64,000 nucleotides of DNA from positions 1,789 to 65,788 of the forward strand of contig CACHJT010000002.1 of NCBI GenBank assembly GCA_902580215.1. The letters are read 5' to 3'. This stretch comes from an uncultured Candidatus Actinomarina sp. (GTDB lineage: Bacteria; Actinomycetota; Acidimicrobiia; Actinomarinales; Actinomarinaceae). The number at the start of each line of letters is the position of its first letter. Position 1 is the stretch's first letter. A program made the position numbers and the translations under genes. Positions 48,219-57,584 of this stretch are shown here, one piece after another. The notes beneath the pieces are model-generated. The model worked only from the letters and a program-made list of their open reading frames with translations. It searched no databases and was not told the origin of the DNA.

Positions 48219-48262
48219 CGGAAATCTCATGGGGGAGATTTCATTAGGGGGGAGTTTAAAAC

Positions 48263-48457
48263 TTAAGCAGTTTCTTGGAGAATTCTGCCTCTAACTCTAG
48301 GATATTTCACTGGAGCGTGATTGAAGCAATGATCTCTTTTGTTATATATACTTAGTTGAGTACTGCAAGATTCATCTTTACATACTCTGCCCTGGTCAAA
48401 ACTTTTTGATGGCCTTATTCCGCCCTTAATTTGACTAGCTTTTAATCCGTCTGTCAT
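48263..48457 (-). CDS. Small putative zinc-binding protein (C-x4-C...C-x2-H)
   Basis: GRVCKDESCSTQLSIYNKRDHCFNH; AAAGGA SD. Confidence 0.75.
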   Translation of the reverse strand: MTDGLKASQIKGGIRPSKSFDQGRVCKDESCSTQLSIYNKRDHCFNHAPVKYPRVRGRILQETA

Positions 48458-48522
48458 TTTATTCCTTTATATACTTTGTGAATATATTCACAAGCTTAAC
48501 ACTTTTATTTTAGATGGCAACT

Positions 48523-50421
48523 TTATTTTGACAAGTTTTTTTGGGATAAAAAGGCTTCATCATTCCATTTTCTACCTAAAAAGTCCTTAACCATGTTCTC
48601 AGCAGGTACAGTTCCTCCAGGCTTTAGAATTTTATTTTTATAGTCAACACCAACAGAATTAGACAATACCCCTTCATTTTCAAATCTACTAAATAAGTCA
48701 TCACCGATTATTTCAGCCCACAAATAACCATAATAAGCCGCATCATACCCACCAAGTAAATGTCCAAAAGCTGCTAGATGATTGATATCTTTCGGATATG
48801 TTATTGTTGTAACTTTTTGAGCTGCATGCTCTATTTCTAAAAGGCTGTCTTTAAAGTTTTCACCATGTAAATGCTGATCTGCAAGACCAAATGAAACCTG
48901 CCTGAGTGTAAGTAAACTAACTCCAATATTTTTTGATTTATTTAATTTTTCACATATTTCTTCAGACAATGATTCACCAGATTCAATATGCGTTGAAATT
49001 CTTTTCATACATTCTACTTTCCATACCCAATGCTCCATAATTTGACTCGGTGCTTCGACGAAGTCCCATTCACAGTTTGCACCAACAAATCTCGTATATT
49101 TTGATTTTCCAATTCCGTTGTGTAGAACATGGCCAAATTCGTGAAAAAGAGTTTCAACTTCATCGAAAGTCATTAACCCATCTCCTGTGTTCGGGTTTGG
49201 AAAATTTGCAACCATTGAGCATATTGGCAACTCTTGTCTGCTAGATCCACCAGAAGATATATCGAATACTGCAGCATGTGTAAATTTTCCTTCTCTTGGA
49301 TAAAGGTCTAAATAAAAATATGCTAACTGTTGACCATTTTTTTCCCATAAAGACCAAAGCTCAACATCTTCATGCCATGCAGTTTCATTCGATTCAGGTT
49401 TTATATGCAAATCAAATACTTCTTCACAAACTTTAAACATTTCAGTTTTCACATCATGTATGTAAAAGAATTTTTTTAATTCACTATTTTCAATGCTGCT
49501 TACTTTACTTCTTTCTTTTGAAATAAAATAGCGTATATCCCAAGGAGTTATATCAGAAATTTCGATGTTATCTATAGCAAGTTCAATTTTTTCTACTTCA
49601 GCTGCTTTTTGTAATTTTGGAATCAAGCTCTCATACATTGAAGCTACATTTTTTGGTGACTTTGCCATCCTGTTCTGCAATCTATATTCAGCCCAAGTTT
49701 TAAATCCAAACAACAAAGCTTTTTCATTTCTTAGTTGAACAGCTTTTTCAAGAATTGGACTATTTTCTTTTACAGCTCGATTGTTAAAAGCTTTCCAAAC
49801 AATTTCTCTAGTATTTCTCACACTGCAGTTTTCCATAACAGCATTAATGTCTGGATATGCCATTGTTATAACAAAACTATCATTATTTTTCTTCAAGTTT
49901 TTAAGTTCGTTTTGACTCAGACCTTTTAGTTCTTCTTCCAAAAACATGACTTCAGTTTTGTCCTTTGCAATATTTTCTGAAAAAGAAATGCTGAGATCTA
50001 TAAGCTTTTTTTCGATTTCTGTGAGCCTATCCTTTTTTTCATCTGATAGACCATGTCCTGCATCTTTGAAGTCAATTTCTAAATCTCTATAAAATGTTTT
50101 CGATTCTACATCTAAATTTTTAGTTTCTATTTCTTTAAACTTTTCGTATAGATCTTGATCTTTAAATATTTCAAGTTCAAGATTTTGTATTTTTGAATCT
50201 GCTTCATTTCCAAAATCTCTTATTTTTTCATCTGGATGTACATCTCCCATAAACGCAATGCGTCCAGAAAGATCATAAATTGCACTCTCCAGCTCATTAA
50301 AATTCGATAAATCGATATTTTCAGAAGATTTAATATTACTAACGAAATCTTTACATTCTTCGATTGTATTTTTTAAGTCTTCTTCTAATTTTCCTAAAGA
50401 TATATCTGAATAGTTATACAC
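48523..50421 (-). CDS. M3 family metallopeptidase (thimet oligopeptidase-like)
   Basis: LDLYPR.GK, FHEFGH, DFVEAPSQ.ME, YY.YLWA; AGGAG SD with GTG start. Confidence 0.92.
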   Translation of the reverse strand: MYNYSDISLGKLEEDLKNTIEECKDFVSNIKSSENIDLSNFNELESAIYDLSGRIAFMGDVHPDEKIRDFGNEADSKIQNLELEIFKDQDLYEKFKEIETKNLDVESKTFYRDLEIDFKDAGHGLSDEKKDRLTEIEKKLIDLSISFSENIAKDKTEVMFLEEELKGLSQNELKNLKKNNDSFVITMAYPDINAVMENCSVRNTREIVWKAFNNRAVKENSPILEKAVQLRNEKALLFGFKTWAEYRLQNRMAKSPKNVASMYESLIPKLQKAAEVEKIELAIDNIEISDITPWDIRYFISKERSKVSSIENSELKKFFYIHDVKTEMFKVCEEVFDLHIKPESNETAWHEDVELWSLWEKNGQQLAYFYLDLYPREGKFTHAAVFDISSGGSSRQELPICSMVANFPNPNTGDGLMTFDEVETLFHEFGHVLHNGIGKSKYTRFVGANCEWDFVEAPSQIMEHWVWKVECMKRISTHIESGESLSEEICEKLNKSKNIGVSLLTLRQVSFGLADQHLHGENFKDSLLEIEHAAQKVTTITYPKDINHLAAFGHLLGGYDAAYYGYLWAEIIGDDLFSRFENEGVLSNSVGVDYKNKILKPGGTVPAENMVKDFLGRKWNDEAFLSQKNLSK

Positions 50422-50458
50422 TCAACTCCTTTAACTTTTTATATGATAGTATTTAGTT

Positions 50459-50695
50459 ATGGAAATCAAACTTGAATTTTGTGTAGTTTGAAACTACACA
50501 CCTCGTGCAGTTGGTACGATTGAAGATATCTTAGAAGTTTACGGTAACAAAGTTACAAACATTCAACTAATTCCAAGTGGTGGTGGAGTATTTGAATTTC
50601 ATTTAAATGAAAAATTATTATTTTCAAAAAAAGAACTTGGAAGACACTCAGAAGATGGAGAAATTCTTAAATTAATTGAAGAAGATCTTGGTTGA
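50459..50695 (+). CDS. SelW/SelT/SelH (Rdx) family selenoprotein, 78 aa, CxxU
   Basis: MEIKLEFCVV-U-NYTPRA...LIPSGGGVFEF...LFSKKELGR; in-frame TGA at 50489-50491 occupies the redox motif and the frame continues with Rdx signature motifs. Confidence 0.88.
50503..50519 (+). promoter_or_regulatory. Candidate bacterial SECIS element
   Basis: UCGUGC-AGUUG-GUACGA stem-loop beginning after an 11-nt spacer following the UGA, with GU near the start of the loop. Confidence 0.55.
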
Positions 50696-51426
50696 ATCTA
50701 CCGTTTGACTTAACGCTATTTGAAGTAATTTTTATTGCAATATTACTTTTTATTGGCTCTGCCGTTCAAGGCGTTTTGGGTTTTGGCTTTGCTGTTATTG
50801 CTTCACCAATAATTGTTCAAATTGAGCCTAGTCTGGTGCCTCAACTGCTCGCGTTACTTGGTTTGCCACTTGCTTTAAGAGTTTTTTACCGAGAAAAAGA
50901 CGAAGTTGATTTATCTAAAGTTAAGCCACTTATTCTAGGTCGATTAATAGGAGGACCAATTGGACTCTTATTATTATTAAACTTATCCGAAAAATATTTA
51001 TCAATCTCTGTAGGGCTTATTGTTTTTATAGCAGGTGCAGGCTCTTTTTTTGGTTGGGAAATTAACAGAAATACTTTGAATTCCTTTTTTGCAGGTACTT
51101 TTTCAGGTATTTTTGGGATGATTGCAGCCATTGGTGGTCCTCCTGTAGCTTTGCTTTATAGGAATACTAAATCTCAGGAATTTAGGCCATCTCTCAATAG
51201 TGTATTTAGCATAGGCATTTTGATTACATTGTCTCTTTTAATTTTTAGTGACAATCTTTATGTTGACCACCTACTTTTATTTATGTTATTTCTTCCAGTT
51301 GTTTTGGTAGGCATTAGAGTTTCTAGCTCGCTTTTCTCAAAAGTCTCTGACAGTTTTATTGCCCAGTCGGTAACTTATTTTTCCATTATTTCTGGGCTTT
51401 ATGTTATTTTGAGAAACATAAATTAG
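50692..51426 (+). CDS. TauE/SafE family sulfite/organosulfur exporter
   Basis: G..GFG.A....P, G..IG.P.G, GGPP motifs; TTG start overlaps the selenoprotein stop. Confidence 0.88.
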   Translation: MNLPFDLTLFEVIFIAILLFIGSAVQGVLGFGFAVIASPIIVQIEPSLVPQLLALLGLPLALRVFYREKDEVDLSKVKPLILGRLIGGPIGLLLLLNLSEKYLSISVGLIVFIAGAGSFFGWEINRNTLNSFFAGTFSGIFGMIAAIGGPPVALLYRNTKSQEFRPSLNSVFSIGILITLSLLIFSDNLYVDHLLLFMLFLPVVLVGIRVSSSLFSKVSDSFIAQSVTYFSIISGLYVILRNIN

Positions 51427-51463
51427 TTTATTTCAACTAGGGGGATTATTAACATATAAGCAT

Positions 51464-52951
51464 ATGTTTATGAACGCCATTATTGCCGGCTTGCTCTACT
51501 TCTTAAGTTTCCCTCCTTATGATTTTTGGTATTTAATATTTCCTGCACTTTATTTTTTTTATTATTCATTGCTTTCAAGTAAAAAATCTTTTCTGTCAGG
51601 GTTTATCTTTGGGTGCGTTGCTTACGGCGTGATTCTATTAGGAATTCAATCAATAGGACTTGAAGCCTGGATACCGTTGACATTTTTAATGGGGTTGATG
51701 TATGGAGTATTCTCAAAATTATTTTCTTATCTAAATACAAAATCTGGAAATAATTTCTATGTATTGTTGGCAGCGTTAGCAGTCTTTGATTTGATCAGAG
51801 CATATTTTCCTTTTGGAGGATTTCCTTGGGGTTTTCCATCAACAGTTTTACTGACAGGCCCTATAGATAGCCCATTATTTTTTGAAGTACCTTTGACATT
51901 CAGAAACTTTGGACCAACGGGATCTTCGCTTTTACTACAATCTCTTCCTTTAGTAATTGCACTTGGTGTTTTTTCAAAAAGCAAACCAAAAAATTACTTA
52001 AAGGATTACAGCATATTTTTATTAATAATTTTCACAATATTCATTTCAAATTATGTTGTTAATGACTATCAATACACTCAGTTAGAAACATCAGAACTTA
52101 ACATTACAATCGTTCAAGGAAACAGCCCTTGTCCTGGTGCAAAAAACAGATGCATCAATGAAAGACAAAAAATTTATGATAGCCATTTAGCTCAAACCCA
52201 ATCTCTCGAAGGGAATTTTGATTTAGTAGTTTGGCCTGAGAGCTCAACAGGATTTAACAATGATCCGGGAGTACACAGTAGAGTTCAAAATGACGTTTCT
52301 ACTCAAGCTTTGAGATTAGATTCATATTTTTTAATTGGGGGAGACAGACCTGTACAAAAAGAATATTTCGAAAACTACGGAATCTTTATTAACAGAGAGG
52401 GAGAGATTGTGGATCAATATCTAAAACAGCATCCAGTACCATTTGGAGAATATATCCCTTTTAGAAAATATTTAGATTGGATTCCCCCACTAGCACTGGT
52501 TCCTCGTGACATGATTAGGGGAGATGGTCAAAAAATATTTATGGTTAATGATACAAAAATATCAACTGTTATTTCATTTGAAGGTTCTTTTCAAAGATAC
52601 ATTAGGAACAGTGTCTTGGACGGTGCAGAGTTGGTTGTAATCCTTACTAACCAAGCAAGCTATGGAGAAAGCGGGATGTCGGACCAATTTATATTAATGT
52701 CTAGGGCAAATGCAATTTCAAACGATAGACCAATTGTACATGCAGCAATTACAGGTAAATCAGCGTTCATAGATCACAATGGAAAAGTTGTTTCTAAAAC
52801 TGAATTATTTGAAACAACAACATTAAATGAAAAACTTGAGGTAAAACAAACAAAAACTCTATACAGCAAATACGGAAATTATTTAAATTATATTTTTATA
52901 ATATTTGGAGTTCTTATCTTTGCTAGAAGATTTATTCGTCCAGTTGATTAA
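51464..52951 (+). CDS. lnt: Apolipoprotein N-acyltransferase (catalytic Cys replaced by Ser)
   Basis: PFGGFPW, VQGN, WPES, K.H.VPFGEYIP, ISFE. Confidence 0.88.
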   Translation: MFMNAIIAGLLYFLSFPPYDFWYLIFPALYFFYYSLLSSKKSFLSGFIFGCVAYGVILLGIQSIGLEAWIPLTFLMGLMYGVFSKLFSYLNTKSGNNFYVLLAALAVFDLIRAYFPFGGFPWGFPSTVLLTGPIDSPLFFEVPLTFRNFGPTGSSLLLQSLPLVIALGVFSKSKPKNYLKDYSIFLLIIFTIFISNYVVNDYQYTQLETSELNITIVQGNSPCPGAKNRCINERQKIYDSHLAQTQSLEGNFDLVVWPESSTGFNNDPGVHSRVQNDVSTQALRLDSYFLIGGDRPVQKEYFENYGIFINREGEIVDQYLKQHPVPFGEYIPFRKYLDWIPPLALVPRDMIRGDGQKIFMVNDTKISTVISFEGSFQRYIRNSVLDGAELVVILTNQASYGESGMSDQFILMSRANAISNDRPIVHAAITGKSAFIDHNGKVVSKTELFETTTLNEKLEVKQTKTLYSKYGNYLNYIFIIFGVLIFARRFIRPVD

Positions 52952-54152
52952 ATGGTAAGTTTTTCATAGCCACAGCCTCTATTACACCACTTTGGAAAAC
53001 TCGTAATCCAAATTTTGGAAGAATTGCAAATAAGTGATCAAAAATGTCTGATTGTATTTTTTCATAAGCAACCCACTCTGTTGTGTTCGTAAATGTATAT
53101 ATTTCTATAGGTACTCCTTCAGGAGAAGAGGGTAATTGACGAACTAAAAAAGTCATGGTGTCAGTGTTTAAATTTTGACTTTGCTTCAGATAGTTCTCAA
53201 CATACGCTCTATAAGTTCCGATATTTGTTAATCTCCTAGTTTCTAATTGGTTAGAAGACTCACTGTTTAATTTATTAAATTCTTCTAACTCCTTATTTTT
53301 TTCTGAAATATAGCTCTTAATTGGTGAAAGCTTTTGAAGTTCGACTGTTTCTTCTGCTGTTAAAAACTTGATACTAGAAATATCTATTAATATTGATCTT
53401 TTTATCCTCCTCCCTCCATACTCAGACATTGCCCTCCAGTTTTTCACAGAAGTATTAACAATTTTTGATGTAGGTATTGTTGTAATTGTTTTGTCCCAAT
53501 TTTGCACTTTTACAGTGTGAAGAGCTATATCTACAACATCTCCATCTGCACCAAACTCGGAAACCTCTATCCAGTCACCAATCTTAATTATGTCATTTTG
53601 ACCAATTTGGACTGATGCTACAAAAGAAAGAATTGTATCTTGAAAAACTAACAACAATACTGCAGTCAAAGCTCCAAGACCACTTATGTAATAAGCCACT
53701 GATTGACCAGTTATTATTGCAAAAATAATTATTGCAATGAATGATGCGATAATTATTTTTATTATTTGAATATATCCTTTGATAGGTTTATTTTTTAATA
53801 CATCTATATTTTCAGAAACTTTATTGAACACAGTAAGCATTTCAAGAATGGTAAGACCGACAAACAAAGTCAGTAATGAATCAAGAAGTCTTGAAATTAA
53901 TGGATTTGAAAATATTTCAAGATTAAATCTAGGAGATGAGGTCAAAAAGGTAAAAACTATAATTACTAGAACATATGAAAGTCGATTCAGAAATTTTTTT
54001 TCCAGAAATAAATCATCAATAAACGTTGATGTTCTTTTTGCTATTTTTTTTAATGTAGGAAAGAGGATGCTTCTCAATACAAAATAAGTAATGATTAAAA
54101 TCCCAAAAATTATTGCAAGAGACGAGAGTTCAGAGGTTGATAAATTATTCAT
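52932..54152 (-). CDS. Small-conductance mechanosensitive channel (YbdG/MscM-like)
   Basis: GLGA..AVL.LVFQD, GDWI, KVQNWDKTITTIP, GGRRIKRS. Confidence 0.9.
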   Translation of the reverse strand: MNNLSTSELSSLAIIFGILIITYFVLRSILFPTLKKIAKRTSTFIDDLFLEKKFLNRLSYVLVIIVFTFLTSSPRFNLEIFSNPLISRLLDSLLTLFVGLTILEMLTVFNKVSENIDVLKNKPIKGYIQIIKIIIASFIAIIIFAIITGQSVAYYISGLGALTAVLLLVFQDTILSFVASVQIGQNDIIKIGDWIEVSEFGADGDVVDIALHTVKVQNWDKTITTIPTSKIVNTSVKNWRAMSEYGGRRIKRSILIDISSIKFLTAEETVELQKLSPIKSYISEKNKELEEFNKLNSESSNQLETRRLTNIGTYRAYVENYLKQSQNLNTDTMTFLVRQLPSSPEGVPIEIYTFTNTTEWVAYEKIQSDIFDHLFAILPKFGLRVFQSGVIEAVAMKNLPFNQLDE

Positions 54153-54166
54153 AGTAAAATTTTACC

Positions 54167-54847
54167 TTAAAATCCTTTTTGTTGGCTGATCCAAGGTTCA
54201 GGTGAATCATTTACGAATTCGTCAACACTTGGACCATTTAAATTTTGTAAACTTCTTTGACCGACAATATATGAAATTACTAAAAGAATTAAGGTGCTTT
54301 GATTAGATGTTGCAAGTTTGATTACAACCAGTATTTCAGGATTGTTAAAGAAGTAAATTTGTAAACCAGCCTTTAGAGACAAATAAATGGTCCAAATAAT
54401 AGCAACTTTTGTATAAGCAGGGCGTACTTTTGGGTGAAAATACCACCCTTTAGGCCAATTCCTAAATGCTTTTGAACTATATATGGTAAATGGTTTTCTT
54501 ATTAGTATCGAAATTAATCCAAAGATTGCAATTGTTGCGTCTCTTATAATTCCAGGAATGAAAAATCCAGAAGCACTTCCTTGAAGTCTTGCCAGAAGTA
54601 GTGCAATAGCAGATCCAACAAATCCATAAAAAACAAACTTTAAATCTTGTTTTCTTAGTCTTCTGTAAATTAGAAAAACAATAAGTAATCCACCTGTACT
54701 AAAGATTGCTGTATTTAAATCAACAAAGTTAGCCAACACAACAAAAAACACTGGAGCAATTACGGCATCAATTACACCTTCATTGTTTGGAAGTAAATCT
54801 TTTACTTCTTCTCTTATTTCAAGAAATTTTGATTTGAATTTATCCAA
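54167..54847 (-). CDS. DUF3159 family membrane protein
   Basis: D....P..F, FFIPG, S.L.R.P, AY..V...W pattern. Confidence 0.7.
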   Translation of the reverse strand: MDKFKSKFLEIREEVKDLLPNNEGVIDAVIAPVFFVVLANFVDLNTAIFSTGGLLIVFLIYRRLRKQDLKFVFYGFVGSAIALLLARLQGSASGFFIPGIIRDATIAIFGLISILIRKPFTIYSSKAFRNWPKGWYFHPKVRPAYTKVAIIWTIYLSLKAGLQIYFFNNPEILVVIKLATSNQSTLILLVISYIVGQRSLQNLNGPSVDEFVNDSPEPWISQQKGF

Positions 54848-54848
54848 T

Positions 54849-56111
54849 TTATTTAAATTTGTCTTTAAACGTTTTTTCGTCGACGTTTTTATTAACTTGA
54901 TTTTTTAAATCTGGAAATTCTAGTTTAAATTCTTTTTCAAGCTCTTTTTTTAATTCTTCAGCAGATAAATTGTTAAAAATTTCTTCTTGAATTTTTCTAT
55001 AAGCTGTATCTCTATCAACCCCGTTATTCACAAGATATGAAAGATATTTTTGACTTACAGATTTATTTTTTGCATCTTCAAGGTTCAAATTTATTTGTTC
55101 ATAATTTATAACTAGGTGTTTTAGTATTGAATTCAACTCAATACTCATAAAACTAATAAGGTGAAAAGCATCTGGGAGCATAATCCTTTCAACTGAAGAA
55201 TTAGAAATGTCTCTTTCGTTCCATAAAACCATATTCTCTAAGCTAGTGCTCACATAAGATCTCATTATTCTTGCTAACCCGGTTATTCTTTCGCTACCAA
55301 TAGGATTCTTTTTGTGTGGCATTGCTGAAGAACCTTTTTGCCCATCTTTAAATGATTCGTACATTTCAGATATCTCAGAACGCTGATAGCTACGTATGTT
55401 TGTAGCAATCCTCTCAAAAGTAGATGCGAGTATTCCAAGTGAGCTAACAACCTCTGCATACCTGTCTCTACTTACAATCTGATTTGCAAACTGTTCAGGT
55501 TTTAAATTCAATTTTTTAAGTGTAAGCTTCTCCATTTCCGAAGTTACTACTGAGTGGTTTCCAACTGGGCCACTTAATTTACCAAAAGAAATATTATTTT
55601 TAGAATTTTCAAGTCGATTCAATCCTCGAGCAATTTCTAGATGCCAGTTGCCAAAGATATTTCCTAAAAAAGTTTCTTCTGCGTAAACACCATGAGTTCT
55701 TCCAATAATCAAGGTATCTTTTTCTTGCACAGCTTTTTCCTGTAAAGTTGAAAGCAAATCGTTTACTAAATCCTTAATATAATCAAGTGACTGCATAATT
55801 AAAACGCTATTTGCAGTATCTACTATGTCCGAGCTTGTTAATCCATAATGTATCCAATTAGAACCTTCACCAACTTTTTTTTGCAATATATCAACAAATG
55901 AAGCTAAGTCATGGTTTGTAATCTCCTCTTGTTTATACACTTCATTCTTTTGAACAACTGATTGATTTATTTTTTTAGCGATTCCATTTTCAGCTACGTC
56001 TAACTCCTCTAGTGTCTCAACATATTTTTCTTGAACCAATTTCCATGTATCGAATTTGTTTTGATCGTCCCAAATAGAATTAATTTCTGGATTTAAATAT
56101 CTCTCAATCAT
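54849..56111 (-). CDS. purB: Adenylosuccinate lyase
   Basis: H.GLTSSD, GRTHG, GSSAMPHKKNP, ERDIS. Confidence 0.96.
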   Translation of the reverse strand: MIERYLNPEINSIWDDQNKFDTWKLVQEKYVETLEELDVAENGIAKKINQSVVQKNEVYKQEEITNHDLASFVDILQKKVGEGSNWIHYGLTSSDIVDTANSVLIMQSLDYIKDLVNDLLSTLQEKAVQEKDTLIIGRTHGVYAEETFLGNIFGNWHLEIARGLNRLENSKNNISFGKLSGPVGNHSVVTSEMEKLTLKKLNLKPEQFANQIVSRDRYAEVVSSLGILASTFERIATNIRSYQRSEISEMYESFKDGQKGSSAMPHKKNPIGSERITGLARIMRSYVSTSLENMVLWNERDISNSSVERIMLPDAFHLISFMSIELNSILKHLVINYEQINLNLEDAKNKSVSQKYLSYLVNNGVDRDTAYRKIQEEIFNNLSAEELKKELEKEFKLEFPDLKNQVNKNVDEKTFKDKFK

Positions 56112-56112
56112 T

Positions 56113-57384
56113 TTAAATTACTATATTTTCTGTTCTCTCAGGCCCAACAGAGATGAACGTAATGGGTACTTCAATAAAGTCTTCAATTGCTTTTATATAA
56201 GTTTGTGCATTTTTTGGCAAGTCTTCAAAATTCTTTACAGAGGAAATATCTTCTGTCCAGCCATCAAAAGCTTGATAAACAGGCTCAGCTTTATAATGAA
56301 TACTCTCTTTATATGGATAATCTGTAAAAAGCTCATTTTCATATTTATATCCAATACATAAATTTATTTCTTCTAGTCCTGAGAGAACGTCAAGTTTAGT
56401 TATAAATAGCTCAGTTAAAGAATTAACTCTTACTGAATACTTCAAAGAAATTAAATCAAGCCAACCACACCTTCTTCTACGACCCGTAACTACACCAAAC
56501 TCTGCACCTTTTTCGATTAGGTAGTCACCAATCTCATTTTTTTGTTCTGTAATAAATGGTCCACTTCCAACTCGAGATATATAGGCTTTTGTTACTCCAA
56601 CAATACGGTCTATATTTTTTGGACCAACTCCGGATCCAGTAGCAGCGTTTCCTGCAGATGTATTTGAGCTAGTTACAAATGGATAAGTTCCATGATCTAT
56701 GTCGAGAAGTGTACCTTGGGCCCCTTCAAATAAAATTGTTTTATTCTCTTTAATAGCATTTTCAATTAAAAGTGAGGTGTCTTTTATATGGTTATTAACA
56801 ATATCTTTATAACCATTAAATTCTTCAATTATTTCCTCAGCTACCAAAGGAGGTCGTTCGTAGATTTTTGTAAGAGTGAGGTTTGTTTCTTCGATATTCG
56901 ATTTTACTTTTTTTTCAAATACTTCTTGGTCTAACAAGTCTTGTACCCTTATGCCACGTCTCTGTATTTTGTCCGCATAACAAGGGCCAATACCTTTTTT
57001 TGTAGTTCCTATTTTGTTTTTTCCTAAACTTTCTTCGATTAACTCATCAAGTAATTTGTGATAGGGCATTATAAGATGAGCGTTTGGTGAAATAGCTAAC
57101 TTCTCAGTATCTATGTTTTTTTCTTTTAACATTTTGAGCTCTTGTTTTAAAAAGCCCAAGTCTATTACACACCCTGAACCGATTACTGGAACACAGTCGG
57201 GATATAGAACTCCAGAAGGTGTTAAAGACAAAGCAATTTGATCTTCTCCAACTACAATTGTGTGACCAGCATTGTTTCCACCTTGAAATCTGACAACAAA
57301 ATCAGCTGTTGAAGCAAAAAAATCTGTGACTTTACCCTTACCTTCATCTCCCCACTGGGCGCCGAGAACTACGGTAGTGGTCAA
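56113..57384 (-). CDS. purA: Adenylosuccinate synthetase
   Basis: QWGDEGKGK, GGNNAGHT, EGAQG, TGRRRRCGW. Confidence 0.98.
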   Translation of the reverse strand: MTTTVVLGAQWGDEGKGKVTDFFASTADFVVRFQGGNNAGHTIVVGEDQIALSLTPSGVLYPDCVPVIGSGCVIDLGFLKQELKMLKEKNIDTEKLAISPNAHLIMPYHKLLDELIEESLGKNKIGTTKKGIGPCYADKIQRRGIRVQDLLDQEVFEKKVKSNIEETNLTLTKIYERPPLVAEEIIEEFNGYKDIVNNHIKDTSLLIENAIKENKTILFEGAQGTLLDIDHGTYPFVTSSNTSAGNAATGSGVGPKNIDRIVGVTKAYISRVGSGPFITEQKNEIGDYLIEKGAEFGVVTGRRRRCGWLDLISLKYSVRVNSLTELFITKLDVLSGLEEINLCIGYKYENELFTDYPYKESIHYKAEPVYQAFDGWTEDISSVKNFEDLPKNAQTYIKAIEDFIEVPITFISVGPERTENIVI

Positions 57385-57584
57385 TTTTTTCTCCTTAGAT
57401 ACAACATAAAATAATAATGCGGTTTTCTTCTAAACAGTAGGAGTTTCTTAGCGAATTTATATTAAATTGCAAACAGTTTGTTTATTAACATAATTTTTCG
57501 TTGATACATATATGTAACTATATTAAATTAATAACATACGGCTTCTAATGAAGCTGTCTACTTTTAATTAAAAGGAGATAAACA

